Assembly (NCBI GenBank): GCA_963748015.1
Contig: CAVVHE010000006.1
Coordinates: 128,001 to 192,000, forward strand
Direction: 5' to 3'
DNA: 64,000 nucleotides
From: Terriglobia bacterium
Lineage (GTDB): Bacteria; Acidobacteriota; Polarisedimenticolia; Polarisedimenticolales; JAIQFR01
Positions 20,968-30,459 of this stretch are shown piece after piece. Position 1 is the first letter of the stretch. Every line of letters starts with the position of its first letter. A program made the translations under genes and the position numbers. The notes below the pieces were generated by a model. That model was not told the DNA's origin. It searched no databases and saw nothing but the letters and a program-made list of their open reading frames with translations.

Positions 20968-22389
20968 ATGGCCGAGACGAAGAAGCCCAAGCCGGCGGTT
21001 GCGGCCAAGGAGGCTGCGGTCCCGGTGTCGGGCTCCGTGGGGACCTTCAAGGAACGGTATGCCAGGGGGAAGGCCCTGCGGGAGAGCTGCCCCCGTGACG
21101 CGCACGCGATCTGGAAGCCCGCCAAGGATCGCCCGGACGCGGTCGAGCTGGTTCTGGAGGCCGAGAAGGGACGCCTGCCCGAGCTGTTGCCCCTCCGCCA
21201 CGGGCGCATGGTCCGCTCCGCGTTCACCTTCTACCGGGGTTCGGCCCTCGCCATGGCCAGCGACCTCGCGTCCACCCCGGTCAGCGGGATCCGGGTCCAG
21301 TGTTGCGGGGATGCCCACCTGTGCAACTTCGGCGGGTTCGCGACGCCGGAGCGCCGGATCATCTTCTCCATCAACGACCTGGACGAGACCCTGCCGGCCC
21401 CCTGGGAGTGGGACGTCAAGCGCCTCGCGGCGAGCTTCGTCGTGGCGTGCCGGGACAACGGCCTGAGCGAGGCCGCAGCCAGGGACGCGGTCATGACCTG
21501 CGTCCGCACCTACCGCGAGTCCATGGCCGAGTTCAGCCAGATGAAGACGCTGGAGCTGTGGTATCGATCGCTGGGAGCGGACGAGCTGATCGCCGGTCTG
21601 AGCCCCGCCCTCCGGAAGCGCGCCTTGAAGCGCATCGAGAAGGAGAAAGCGAAGAGCCGCGGCGAGGAGATGTTCCCGAAGCTCGTGGAACACAAGGAAG
21701 GGAAGCCGCTGATCAAGGATCAGCTCCCGACGATCTTCCACGCGAAGGATCTCCCGCCGGGCGAGATCAAGCAGGCCTTACTCGACACGCTCGCGTCCTA
21801 CCGCGAGAGCCTGTCGCACTCCTCCCGATCCCTGCTCGATCGCTACGAGCCCCAGGACGTCGCCATCAAGGTGGTGGGGATCGGCAGCGTCGGGACCGCC
21901 TGCTGGGTGTTCCTCTTCATGGCCGGCGAAGACGACCCGCTCTTCCTCCAGGTCAAGGAGGCGCGCTCCTCGGTGCTGGAGCCGTACGCCGGCCGGAGCG
22001 TCTTTCCGAACCACGGCCAGCGAGTCGTGAACGGCTACCGGCTCATGCAGCCCGCGAGCGACATCTTCCTCGGGTGGTGCCGGGGCCCCAAGCGCGACTT
22101 CTTCGTCCGCCAGCTGAGGGACATCAAGATCAGCCTCATGGTGGAGACCTTCCGCGCCCCCGAGATGAGCGTCTACGGCACCTGGTGCGGCAGGGCGCTG
22201 GCCCTCTCCCACGCCCGCTCCGGAAGCCCTGCCACCCTCAGCGGGTACATGGGCAAGAGCGACGTCTTCGACCGGGCCATCGCGGCCTTCTCGGCGGCCT
22301 ATGCCGACCAGAACGAGAAGGACCACGCCGCCCTCGACCGCGCCGTCCGCGGGGGAAAGGTGAAGGCGGTCTTCGAAGAGGCGCGGTGA
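20968..22389 (+). CDS. DUF2252 family protein
   Basis: RHGRM..SAFTFYRGSA, CGDAHLCNFG, INDLDET, KVVGIGSVG, LQVKEA, VRQLRD, HARSG; GAGGAGG RBS. Confidence 0.92.
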   Translation: MAETKKPKPAVAAKEAAVPVSGSVGTFKERYARGKALRESCPRDAHAIWKPAKDRPDAVELVLEAEKGRLPELLPLRHGRMVRSAFTFYRGSALAMASDLASTPVSGIRVQCCGDAHLCNFGGFATPERRIIFSINDLDETLPAPWEWDVKRLAASFVVACRDNGLSEAAARDAVMTCVRTYRESMAEFSQMKTLELWYRSLGADELIAGLSPALRKRALKRIEKEKAKSRGEEMFPKLVEHKEGKPLIKDQLPTIFHAKDLPPGEIKQALLDTLASYRESLSHSSRSLLDRYEPQDVAIKVVGIGSVGTACWVFLFMAGEDDPLFLQVKEARSSVLEPYAGRSVFPNHGQRVVNGYRLMQPASDIFLGWCRGPKRDFFVRQLRDIKISLMVETFRAPEMSVYGTWCGRALALSHARSGSPATLSGYMGKSDVFDRAIAAFSAAYADQNEKDHAALDRAVRGGKVKAVFEEAR

Positions 22390-22420
22390 GGCGCGGATCC
22401 GTGGCCCTCGTCTTGAGCGG

Positions 22421-22954
22421 TCAGAATCGCCAGTAGGCTCCGACCGACAGCGAGTTGAGGCTCGTGTCCACGTCGTACGTTTCCCACTCGGCGCGGACGC
22501 CAAGGCCCATGAAGAAGGTCCAGTCCACCCCTACGCCGTACAGCATCTGCCAGTTGTCCTCGTCGAACGTCGAGACGGCTTCGTCGATGGTGAACGAGCC
22601 CTTCGCGGAGATGTTGGCGTAGCCGACCTTGGCGAACAGCTGGATCTTCTTGCCGACGGGCAAGATTCCCCGCACGCTCAGGTCGTACGCCTCCAGGTCC
22701 GCCTCGACGGAGTTAGCGCCCGACGTGTCGCTGTGGCTGCCGAGATCGCGGTAAGACGCCTCCACGCCGACGAACTTGAAGAACGTCATTCCGGCGAACG
22801 CCTTCCATGCGGTCGCGCTGGTGTCGAAGCTGGCTGCCGCGTCCTGGAACTCGGCGCTGGTGCTCAACGCGCTCGCGCCCACGCAAATACCCGCGCTAGC
22901 GCTCGTGGCACACGCGGCCATCAGCAAGAAGAGAACCGGAACGAATCGCCTCAT
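22421..22954 (-). CDS. Small outer-membrane beta-barrel (OmpA-like transmembrane family)
   Basis: Signal peptide; GVEASYRDLG, YGVGV, VRAEWE; terminal YWRF. Confidence 0.8.
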   Translation of the reverse strand: MRRFVPVLFLLMAACATSASAGICVGASALSTSAEFQDAAASFDTSATAWKAFAGMTFFKFVGVEASYRDLGSHSDTSGANSVEADLEAYDLSVRGILPVGKKIQLFAKVGYANISAKGSFTIDEAVSTFDEDNWQMLYGVGVDWTFFMGLGVRAEWETYDVDTSLNSLSVGAYWRF

Positions 22955-23224
22955 GGAACGAATCCTCCCTTGGCTCGAAAATCAACGCTCCTGCGCGTCC
23001 GGGATGCCGCGGACGGTGCATTGTCACACGGCAAATCTAGGCAATGCGTTGCGGGATTCAAGGCCGCGGTTTTCCATGCGTCCCTCCCCCCCAAAAACAC
23101 CGCGCATCCGCTTGTATTTCGCTGCCCCAAACGGGTAGCATCGCAACCTAATCGGGTCGTCGCCGTCGGGTCGGGCCGACGCACGGAGTTGACCGGTTCG
23201 TCGGCGGAAGAGAAGGGGGCATCC

Positions 23225-24445
23225 ATGCGTTCTCCACTCTTCCTCGGCGCCGCCGCGCCGCGAGGCACGCGCGTCGCCGGGCCCCGGATCCACTCCGCGG
23301 CGCTCGTTTTCATCATCCTGGCTCTTCTTGCGGCTTCCGGGTGCGGCAAGGACCGCGCGAAGACGGGCCCGGGCGACGGGGGCCCGGTCGAGGTCGTCGC
23401 GCTGACGGTGGCCTCGCGGGACGTCCCCGTTTCCTTCGAGTACGTCGCGCAGGCCCAGAGCTCTCGCCAGGTGAACATCCAGGCGCGCGTCAGCGGTTTT
23501 CTGGAGAAAAGGGTCTACACCGAGGGGAGTCCGGTCAAGGAAGGGCAGGTGCTCTTCCTCATGGATGCCAAGCCGTTCGAGGTCCAGGTCGAAGCGCAGG
23601 CGGCGGCGCTGGCGAGGCAGCAGGCGGCCCTCGAGGTCGCGCGGGCCGACCTCGAGCGCACGAAACCGCTGACGGCCGCGAACGCGCTCTCCCAGAAGGA
23701 CCTGGACGACGCCAACGGCCAGTTCCTCGGCACGTCGGCGGCGGTCGAGGAGGCGAAGGCCCGGCTGGAGACGGCGAAGCTCAGCCTGTCGTACTGCACC
23801 ATCGTTTCCCCCGTGAGCGGCATCACGAGCGCCGCCCTCCAGCAGGACGGCACCTACATCAGTCCCCAGAACAGCCTCCTGACCACCGTCGCGGTGCTCT
23901 CCCCCATCTGGGTGAATTTCAGCCTCTCCCAGAACGAGATGCAGACGTACCGTGAACAGCTCGCGACGGGCCGGCTACGCGGACCCAAGGACGGCAGCTA
24001 CCTCGTCGAGGTCCTCCTCACCGACGGCTCCGTCTTCCCGCACACCGGCCGCATCACCTTCGCCGCGCCGTCGTTCAGCGCCCAGACGGGAACTTTTCTC
24101 GTCCGCGCCAGCGTCGACAATCCGGAAGGGATCCTCCGACCGAACGCGTACGTGCGCGTCCGGCTGAGCGGAGCCGTGCGGCCCGCTGCGATCCTCGTCC
24201 CCCAGCGGTCCGTGCAGCAGGGCTCGGAGGGGCATTTTGTCTGGGTGGTCGACAAGGAGAGCAAGGCCAGGCCGCGCCCCGTCCAGGTCGGCGAATGGCA
24301 CGGGAACGACTGGTTCGTGTCCGAGGGCCTGCACGCCGGAGACCAGGTGATCGTGGACGGCACCCTCGCGCTGCGGGCGGGCTCGCCCGTCGTCGTGAAG
24401 TCCGCGCCGGCCGCCCCGGCAGATGCTACCGGATCGGTGCGCTGA
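23225..24445 (+). CDS. RND efflux periplasmic adaptor (MFP)
   Basis: Lipobox-like AASGC; IQARVSGFL, EGSPVKEGQVLF, IVSPVSG, TGTFLVRA. Confidence 0.93.
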   Translation: MRSPLFLGAAAPRGTRVAGPRIHSAALVFIILALLAASGCGKDRAKTGPGDGGPVEVVALTVASRDVPVSFEYVAQAQSSRQVNIQARVSGFLEKRVYTEGSPVKEGQVLFLMDAKPFEVQVEAQAAALARQQAALEVARADLERTKPLTAANALSQKDLDDANGQFLGTSAAVEEAKARLETAKLSLSYCTIVSPVSGITSAALQQDGTYISPQNSLLTTVAVLSPIWVNFSLSQNEMQTYREQLATGRLRGPKDGSYLVEVLLTDGSVFPHTGRITFAAPSFSAQTGTFLVRASVDNPEGILRPNAYVRVRLSGAVRPAAILVPQRSVQQGSEGHFVWVVDKESKARPRPVQVGEWHGNDWFVSEGLHAGDQVIVDGTLALRAGSPVVVKSAPAAPADATGSVR

Positions 24446-24463
24446 GCGCGGAGGGTCGCAGCC

Positions 24464-27400
24464 ATGTTCTCGAAGTTCTTCATCGAGCGACCGATCTTCG
24501 CGTCGGTGATCTCGATCATCCTGTGCCTGGCCGGCCTGGTGGCCATGCGCGCTCTGCCGATCGAGCAGTACCCCACCATCACCCCCGTGCAGGTGACCGT
24601 CAGCGCCACCTATCCGGGCGCCGACTCGAAGACGCTCGCCGACTCGGTGGCGGCGCCGATCGAGGCCCAGATCAACGGCGTCGACAACATGCTCTACATG
24701 ACGTCGACCAGCTCCTCCACGGGGATGCTGAACCTCACCGTCTATTTCTCGCTCGACACCGACCCGGACATCGCGCAGGTCCAGGTGCAGAACCGGGTCA
24801 ACCTCGCCGTCCCGCAGCTTCCCTCGGCCGTGGTCCAGCAGGGCGTGTCGGTGCAGAAGAAATCCTCGTCGATCATGATGCTGATCGGCATCTACTCGAA
24901 GGAGAAGCGCTACAGCAGCGAGTACATCGCCAATTACGCGAACGTGTACGTCCTCGACGCGCTCAAGCGGATCCCCGGCGCCGGGCAGGCGTCGATCATG
25001 GGGGTTCCCGACCAGGCCATGCGGATCTGGATGAATCCGGATCGCATGGCCTCGCTCAAGATCACCACCAGCGACATCCAGCGCGCGGTGTCCAGCCAGA
25101 ACGCCCTCTACGGCGCGGGACAGATCGGCCAGCAGCCCACGGCGGGGCGCGTCGAGCTGACGTTCCCGGTGGTCACCCAGGGAGCCTTCACGGACCCGTC
25201 CGGCTACGAGAACATCATTCTCCTCGCCGGCGAGGGCGAGGGCGCCATCGTCCGCCTGAAGGACGTCGCGCGGGTCGAGGTGGGACTCCGGCAGTACGTC
25301 GTGGACAGCAGGCTGAACGGCTTGCCGGCCACCTTCGTCGCCGTCTACCAGCAACCCGGCGCGAATGCGCTCCAGGTCTCGCAGGCGGTTCGCGAGGCTC
25401 TCGAAGGGATGAAGGCGCGCTTCCCCGACGGGCTGGACTACCTGGTGTCGCTGGACACCACCGAGTTCGTCCGTCTCTCCATCGACGAGGTCATCGAGAC
25501 CCTGTTCATCGCCATCGCCCTGGTGGTCCTCGTCGTCTACCTCTTCCTGCAGAACTTCCGTGCCACCGTCATCTGCTCGATCGCGGTCGTCGTCGCGCTG
25601 CTCGGCACGTTCCCCTTCATGCTCGCCCTCGGGTTCTCCGTCAACCTGCTGACGCTCTTCGGACTGGTGCTAGCCATCGGCATCGTCGTGGACGACGCGA
25701 TCGTCGTCGTGGAGAACGTCGAGCGCAACATGATCCAGCGCCACCTCGGCACGAAGGAAGCCACCATCGCCGCGATGGGGGAGGTGGTGAGCCCCGTCAT
25801 CGCGACGGTTCTGGTCATGGCCTCCATCTTCGTCCCCGCCTCCTTCCTTCCGGGCACGACGGGGCAGCTCTACAAGCAGTTCGCGATCACGATCGCGATC
25901 TCGGTCGCGATCTCCGGGTTCGTCGCCCTCACCCTGACCCCGGCGATGTGCGGCGTCCTGCTGAGGCACAAGGCGCCGCCGAAGCGAGGGCCCTTCGCCT
26001 GGTTCAACCGCCAGTTCGACGCCATGACCCAGGGCTTCGGACGGATGGTGGTGGCGATCATCCGCCGAAAGCTCATCGCGCTGGCGTTCCTCGCCGTGTT
26101 CGTGGCGGGGATCGTGTTCTTCTTCAAAGTGCTGCCGACCAGCTTCGTGCCGAACGAGGACCAGGGCTACGTCATGACGGCCGTCGTGATGCCGGATGCC
26201 GCCAGCCTCGACCGGACCGACGAGGTCACCACACGGGCCGACGCGATCTTCGCCGAGACGCCGGGAGTCGCCGACCGCACGCAGATCACCGGCTACAGCC
26301 TGCTGGACGGCGGCCTGAAGACGAACGCCGGGACTCTCTTCGTGACGCTGAAGCCGTACGACGAGCGCTACGATTCCGCGAAGAAGGCCCGGGCCGAGAA
26401 CGCGGGGGCGGTGCTGAGGAGCGTGTACGCGCGCAGCCGGGAGATTCGCGAGGGAATGGTCATCCCCGTCGCTCCTCCGGCGATCCCCGGCATCGGAACG
26501 ACCGGCGGATTCGAGTTCTGGATCCAGGACCGCGGCGCCGGGGATCCCGCCCGGCTCGACGAGCTGACCCGGAAGCTCCTCGGCAAGGCACGGGAGCGCC
26601 CGGAGCTGACGGGGCTGAACAGCACCTTTCGCTCGAACACCGTGCAGCTGCGCGCCGAGGTCGACCGCGAGAAGGCGACGCTGCTGGGCGTTTCCGTACA
26701 GGACGTCTACAACGCGATCCAGGCCCAGTTCGGCTCGCTGACGGCCAGTCAATTCAACCAGTTCAGCCGCGTCTGGTGGGTCGTGCTCCAGTCGGACCCC
26801 CGATACCGGCAGAGCCCCAGCGACCTCACGCGCCTCTACACGCGCTCGAGCCAGGGCGAGATGGTGCCGCTCTCCGCGGTGGTCAAGACGTCGTGGGTGG
26901 CGGGGCCCGATCTCCTGCCGCACTTCAACGGCCTCCCGGCCGCCAAGGTGAACGGCTCGCCCGCCCCCGGCTACAGCTCGGGCCAGGCCATCCAGGCGAT
27001 GGAGGAGGTCGCCGGAGAGGTCCTGCCCGCCGGCTACACCTTCGCATGGTCGGGGCTCGCCTTCGAGGAAACCAAGTCGGCGGGGACCTCCACGTCCGCG
27101 TTCGTCTTCGGCTTCATCATCGTGTTCCTCGTCCTGGCCGCGCAGTACGAGTCGTGGACGCTGCCCGGCGCGGTCATGACCGCCGTGCCGTTCGGCATCC
27201 TGGGAGCGCTGCTCCTGAACTGGATCCGGGGGCTCGAGAACGACGTCTACTTCCAGATCGGACTGCTCGTGCTCATCGGCCTGGGGGCGAAGAACGCGCT
27301 GCTTCGGGTGACCTTCGCGGTGGACCTGCGCAAGCAGGGAAAGTCGCTGATGGACGCCACGATCGAGGCGGGGGAGATGCGCCTGAGGCCGATCATCATG

Positions 27401-27628
27401 ACGTCCCTCGCGTTCGTCCTCGGCGTGCTGCCGCTGGCCGTCGCCATGGGGGTGGGCGCCAACTCGCGACACTCCATCGGCACGGGAATCATCGGCGGGA
27501 TGCTCGGGGAGACCACGCTGGCGATGCTCTACGTCCCGCTGTTCTTCTACATCTTCGAGAGTTTCTCCGAGTGGCTGCGTGACCGGAAGAAGTCGCCGTC
27601 TCCCGCCGCGCGCAAGGAGGGGGACTGA
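24464..27628 (+). CDS. HAE1-family RND efflux permease
   Basis: MFSKFFIERPIFA, AIGIVVDDAIVVVENVER, LTLTPAMC, RLRPIIMTS; 1054 aa. Confidence 0.96.
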   Translation: MFSKFFIERPIFASVISIILCLAGLVAMRALPIEQYPTITPVQVTVSATYPGADSKTLADSVAAPIEAQINGVDNMLYMTSTSSSTGMLNLTVYFSLDTDPDIAQVQVQNRVNLAVPQLPSAVVQQGVSVQKKSSSIMMLIGIYSKEKRYSSEYIANYANVYVLDALKRIPGAGQASIMGVPDQAMRIWMNPDRMASLKITTSDIQRAVSSQNALYGAGQIGQQPTAGRVELTFPVVTQGAFTDPSGYENIILLAGEGEGAIVRLKDVARVEVGLRQYVVDSRLNGLPATFVAVYQQPGANALQVSQAVREALEGMKARFPDGLDYLVSLDTTEFVRLSIDEVIETLFIAIALVVLVVYLFLQNFRATVICSIAVVVALLGTFPFMLALGFSVNLLTLFGLVLAIGIVVDDAIVVVENVERNMIQRHLGTKEATIAAMGEVVSPVIATVLVMASIFVPASFLPGTTGQLYKQFAITIAISVAISGFVALTLTPAMCGVLLRHKAPPKRGPFAWFNRQFDAMTQGFGRMVVAIIRRKLIALAFLAVFVAGIVFFFKVLPTSFVPNEDQGYVMTAVVMPDAASLDRTDEVTTRADAIFAETPGVADRTQITGYSLLDGGLKTNAGTLFVTLKPYDERYDSAKKARAENAGAVLRSVYARSREIREGMVIPVAPPAIPGIGTTGGFEFWIQDRGAGDPARLDELTRKLLGKARERPELTGLNSTFRSNTVQLRAEVDREKATLLGVSVQDVYNAIQAQFGSLTASQFNQFSRVWWVVLQSDPRYRQSPSDLTRLYTRSSQGEMVPLSAVVKTSWVAGPDLLPHFNGLPAAKVNGSPAPGYSSGQAIQAMEEVAGEVLPAGYTFAWSGLAFEETKSAGTSTSAFVFGFIIVFLVLAAQYESWTLPGAVMTAVPFGILGALLLNWIRGLENDVYFQIGLLVLIGLGAKNALLRVTFAVDLRKQGKSLMDATIEAGEMRLRPIIMTSLAFVLGVLPLAVAMGVGANSRHSIGTGIIGGMLGETTLAMLYVPLFFYIFESFSEWLRDRKKSPSPAARKEGD

Positions 27629-27629
27629 C

Positions 27630-29036
27630 ATGCGCCGAGCCATCGTGGCGCTGCTCGTCCTGCCGCTCACCGGCTGCATGATGGGGCCCGACTATCAGCG
27701 TCCCGCGGTGGATGCGCCGCCCGCCTTCCGCTACGAGACGGCGGATGCCCAGGAGACCGCGAACACGACCTGGTGGCAGCAGTTCCAGGACCCGGTGCTC
27801 GACGGGCTCATCGCCGAGGCTCTCGCCAACAACCTGACCGTCAAGATCGCCGCCGCGAACGTCGAGCAGGCCGCCGCGGTGTTCACCCAGGTCCGCTCGC
27901 CGCTCTATCCCCAGGTCGGCTACGGCGCCGGCGGCGCGCGTGAGCGGGCGAGCGAAGCGGGGTCGGTATCCGTCCCGTTCGAGGTCCCGAATCCCCGGGA
28001 CTCGTACCAGGTTCTCGCCGGCGCTAGCTGGGAAATCGATCTCTGGGGCCGGATCCGGCGCCTCTCGGAGTCGGCGCGAGCGCAGGTGCTCGCCACCGAG
28101 GAAGCCCGCCGCGGCGTGATTCTCAGCCTCGTGGCCTCCGTCGCCAACGGCTACCTCCAGCTCCGCGGCCTGGACGAGCAGCTCGCGATCGCGATGCGCA
28201 CCAGGGACGTCTACGCGGCGTCCGTGAGCCTCTTCGAGCTGCAATTCAAGTACGGCCTGAAATCCGGGATGACGGTGGAGCAGGCGCGGACCCAGTACGA
28301 GACCGCCGCCGCCGCCATTCCGCAGCTCGAGGCGCAGATCGCGCAGACCGAGAACTCGATCTCGATCCTGCTCGGCCGCAATCCCGGCCCGATCCAGCGG
28401 GGGAAGTCGATCAACGATTTCGCGTTGCCGACGATCCCGGCCGGCGTTCCCTCGCAGGTGCTCGAGCGCCGCCCCGACGTCCGGCAGGCCGAGCAGAACC
28501 TGGTCGCCCTGAACGCCCAGATCGGCGCGGCCAAGGCACGCTACTTCCCCACGATCTCCCTCACCGGGACCTTCGGCACGGCGAGCGCCGAGCTGTCGAA
28601 CCTCTTCAAGGGGTCGGCGCGGGTCTGGAGCTACGGCGGCTCGATCACGGGCCCGATCTTCGCGGGCGGAGCCATCACGGCCCAGGTCCGGCAGGCCGAG
28701 GCCGCGCGGAAAGGCGCCGAGCTGGGCTACGCGGCGGCGATCCAGAGCGCGTTCGCCGACGTGGATGACGCGCTGGTCAAGCGGGAGAAGCTCGTCGAGC
28801 AGCTGGCGGCCCAGGCGCGTTTGGTCACCGCTTCCCGGGAGTACGCGCGGCTGGCGCGCCTCCAGTTCGACGGGGGCGTCACCCCCTACCTGACGGTGCT
28901 GCAGGCAGAGCAGCAGCTCTTCCCCGCCGAGCTCAACGAGGCCCAGCTCCGCTCGTCGCTCTTCGCCGCCACGGTCAACGTGTACAAGGCGATGGGAGGC
29001 GGTTGGGTCGAGGTGGCGGAGGAGGGAGCCCGGTAG
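27630..29036 (+). CDS. Outer-membrane efflux lipoprotein (NodT/OprM family)
   Basis: LTGC lipobox, GPDYQRP, WWQQFQDP, WEIDLWG, RRPDVRQAE, YKAMGGGW. Confidence 0.94.
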   Translation: MRRAIVALLVLPLTGCMMGPDYQRPAVDAPPAFRYETADAQETANTTWWQQFQDPVLDGLIAEALANNLTVKIAAANVEQAAAVFTQVRSPLYPQVGYGAGGARERASEAGSVSVPFEVPNPRDSYQVLAGASWEIDLWGRIRRLSESARAQVLATEEARRGVILSLVASVANGYLQLRGLDEQLAIAMRTRDVYAASVSLFELQFKYGLKSGMTVEQARTQYETAAAAIPQLEAQIAQTENSISILLGRNPGPIQRGKSINDFALPTIPAGVPSQVLERRPDVRQAEQNLVALNAQIGAAKARYFPTISLTGTFGTASAELSNLFKGSARVWSYGGSITGPIFAGGAITAQVRQAEAARKGAELGYAAAIQSAFADVDDALVKREKLVEQLAAQARLVTASREYARLARLQFDGGVTPYLTVLQAEQQLFPAELNEAQLRSSLFAATVNVYKAMGGGWVEVAEEGAR

Positions 29037-29046
29037 GGCCCATCTC

Positions 29047-29652
29047 CTACCAGGCGCTCTTCTTGAATCCGTCGGTCGGGACCCAGTTCGAGTCGGTCGG
29101 TGCCTGCTGCCAGGTGGACCGGCTATCCGCGAGCACGTCTTCCTTCGCGTCGTAAGCCGACGTCGGTGTCCAGTTCGGGTCGATCGAGGACTGCGCCCAC
29201 TTCGAAGGATTCCAGTTGTTCTGCGTACCGGGGTCCATGTTCCAGTCGCTCTCGGGAACCCAGTTCGGGTCGATGGAGGATTTCTGCCACTCCGCGGGCT
29301 TCCCGAAGACCGCGAGCTGCTCGTCGGTTGTAGCGGGCTCGACGGGCCTGCCCGCGAGCGTCCGCGGTCCGCCGATCTCGATCCCCGTCGGCCCCTCCGG
29401 TATTCCCTCGATCTTGGGCGGCGCGGTCTCCGAGGGACCGGTGAGCCGGACCTGGTCCACGAGATCGACCGGCATCGTGACGTCGCCCGTGGCCGTGGTC
29501 AGGACGTAGACGTCCCCCTCTTTCCGGACCGACTCTCCGCGAACCACCTGGCCGTCCACCAGCACCAGCTCCGCACCCCCGAGGGCCACCGCCGTCGCCA
29601 GGTACGCGGCACCCAGGGCGAGGACGAGGCGGCGAAGGCTCCTCCCGTTCAT
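29047..29652 (-). CDS. Exported hypothetical protein with three Trp-rich C-terminal repeats
   Basis: Signal peptide; WQKSSIDPNWVP / WAQSSIDPNWTP / WQQAPTDSNWVP. Confidence 0.7.
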   Translation of the reverse strand: MNGRSLRRLVLALGAAYLATAVALGGAELVLVDGQVVRGESVRKEGDVYVLTTATGDVTMPVDLVDQVRLTGPSETAPPKIEGIPEGPTGIEIGGPRTLAGRPVEPATTDEQLAVFGKPAEWQKSSIDPNWVPESDWNMDPGTQNNWNPSKWAQSSIDPNWTPTSAYDAKEDVLADSRSTWQQAPTDSNWVPTDGFKKSAW

Positions 29653-29667
29653 ATCGTCAGCATACCC

Positions 29668-29724
29668 CATGGTGGACGCGAGATTGTGGGATGTCCGACA
29701 CCCCACAATCTCGCGTCCACCATG
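29668..29724. repeat. Perfect 23-bp inverted repeat
   Basis: CATGGTGGACGCGAGATTGTGGG (29668-29690) and its exact reverse complement (29702-29724), 11-nt spacer. Confidence 0.9.
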
Positions 29725-29770
29725 TATGATGGACCGGTCCGGTCTGTGACCGGCGTCGAGGAGGAACCCC

Positions 29771-30334
29771 ATGCTCAGGAAACTCGCGGCTGTCCTGTCC
29801 GGCGCGCTGCTCGCCGCGCTCGTTGCTCCCGGCCTCTGCACGGCTACCCGGGCCGAGGAGGCGAAGGCGCCCTCCCCGGCGGAGCCTCAGACCAACGTTC
29901 GCGTCACGATCCGCCTCGGCAGGATGGAGCAGGGGAAGCGCAACGTGTTGAAGAGCTACGACCTCGTCGTAGCGGCGGGAACCGTCGGCTCGAAGCTACT
30001 GAGCGGCGCCAGGGTTCCGATCCCGACCGCCGGCAGCGATGCCGCCGAGAAGGGCGTGGGGAACGACGGCGCAACCCGCTTCGTCTACCAGAACATCGGT
30101 TTCTCGGTCGACGCGAAGGTGTGGATCGTCGGCGACAAGAAGATCAAGCTCCTCGCTGAGCTCGAGGACAGCCGCGTCAAGGAGCGCACCGGGAACCAGC
30201 CCCCCTTCGTCGAGACCCGGCAACTGTCGATCAACGCGATCCTCTCGGATGGAGCACCGCTGGAGGTGACGCGGGTCGAGGGAGAGGCGGATCAGCCGGG
30301 ATTCGTGGAGATCGAGGCGAAGGTCCTGCGGTAG
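29771..30334 (+). CDS. Exported hypothetical protein (beta-rich; weak resemblance to a secretin C-terminal segment)
   Basis: GAGGAGG RBS, signal peptide, GARVPIP...FVYQNIG. Confidence 0.7.
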   Translation: MLRKLAAVLSGALLAALVAPGLCTATRAEEAKAPSPAEPQTNVRVTIRLGRMEQGKRNVLKSYDLVVAAGTVGSKLLSGARVPIPTAGSDAAEKGVGNDGATRFVYQNIGFSVDAKVWIVGDKKIKLLAELEDSRVKERTGNQPPFVETRQLSINAILSDGAPLEVTRVEGEADQPGFVEIEAKVLR

Positions 30335-30362
30335 CCGTCTCGCGCGCGGCGCCCCCCAGCGG

Positions 30363-30443
30363 GCCGCCCGGACTCGGCGGCTTGGGTTCGTAGCCGGCCC
30401 TTTTTCGGGCCGGCGAGAACCCAAGCCGCCGAGTCCGAGCGGC
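30363..30443. repeat. About 80-nt hairpin between convergent genes (terminator or REP-like)
   Basis: 21-bp perfect arm CGGACTCGGCGGCTTGGGTTC / GAACCCAAGCCGCCGAGTCCG plus inner GCCGGCCC-TTTTTC-GGGCCGGC. Confidence 0.8.
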
Positions 30444-30459
30444 GAGAGTAACAGCCTTC

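Noticed and set aside
23020..23075. GGCAAA...GGATTCAAGGCCGCGG resembling a c-di-GMP-I riboswitch upstream of the RND operon
   Set aside because: Required stem pairing and GNRA/receptor elements could not be formed; would need an Infernal search
23225..29036. RND triad as a novel system
   Set aside because: Ordinary MFP-HAE1-OMF arrangement; substrate cannot be inferred from sequence
29668..30443. Hairpin-flanked gene as an integron cassette
   Set aside because: No RYYYAAC/GTTRRRY attC boxes at the hairpin ends and no integrase in the window
29996..30459. C-terminal extension of ORF 29996..31189
   Set aside because: Read-through caused by the frameshift near 30566; it overlaps a hairpin and the opposite-strand gene
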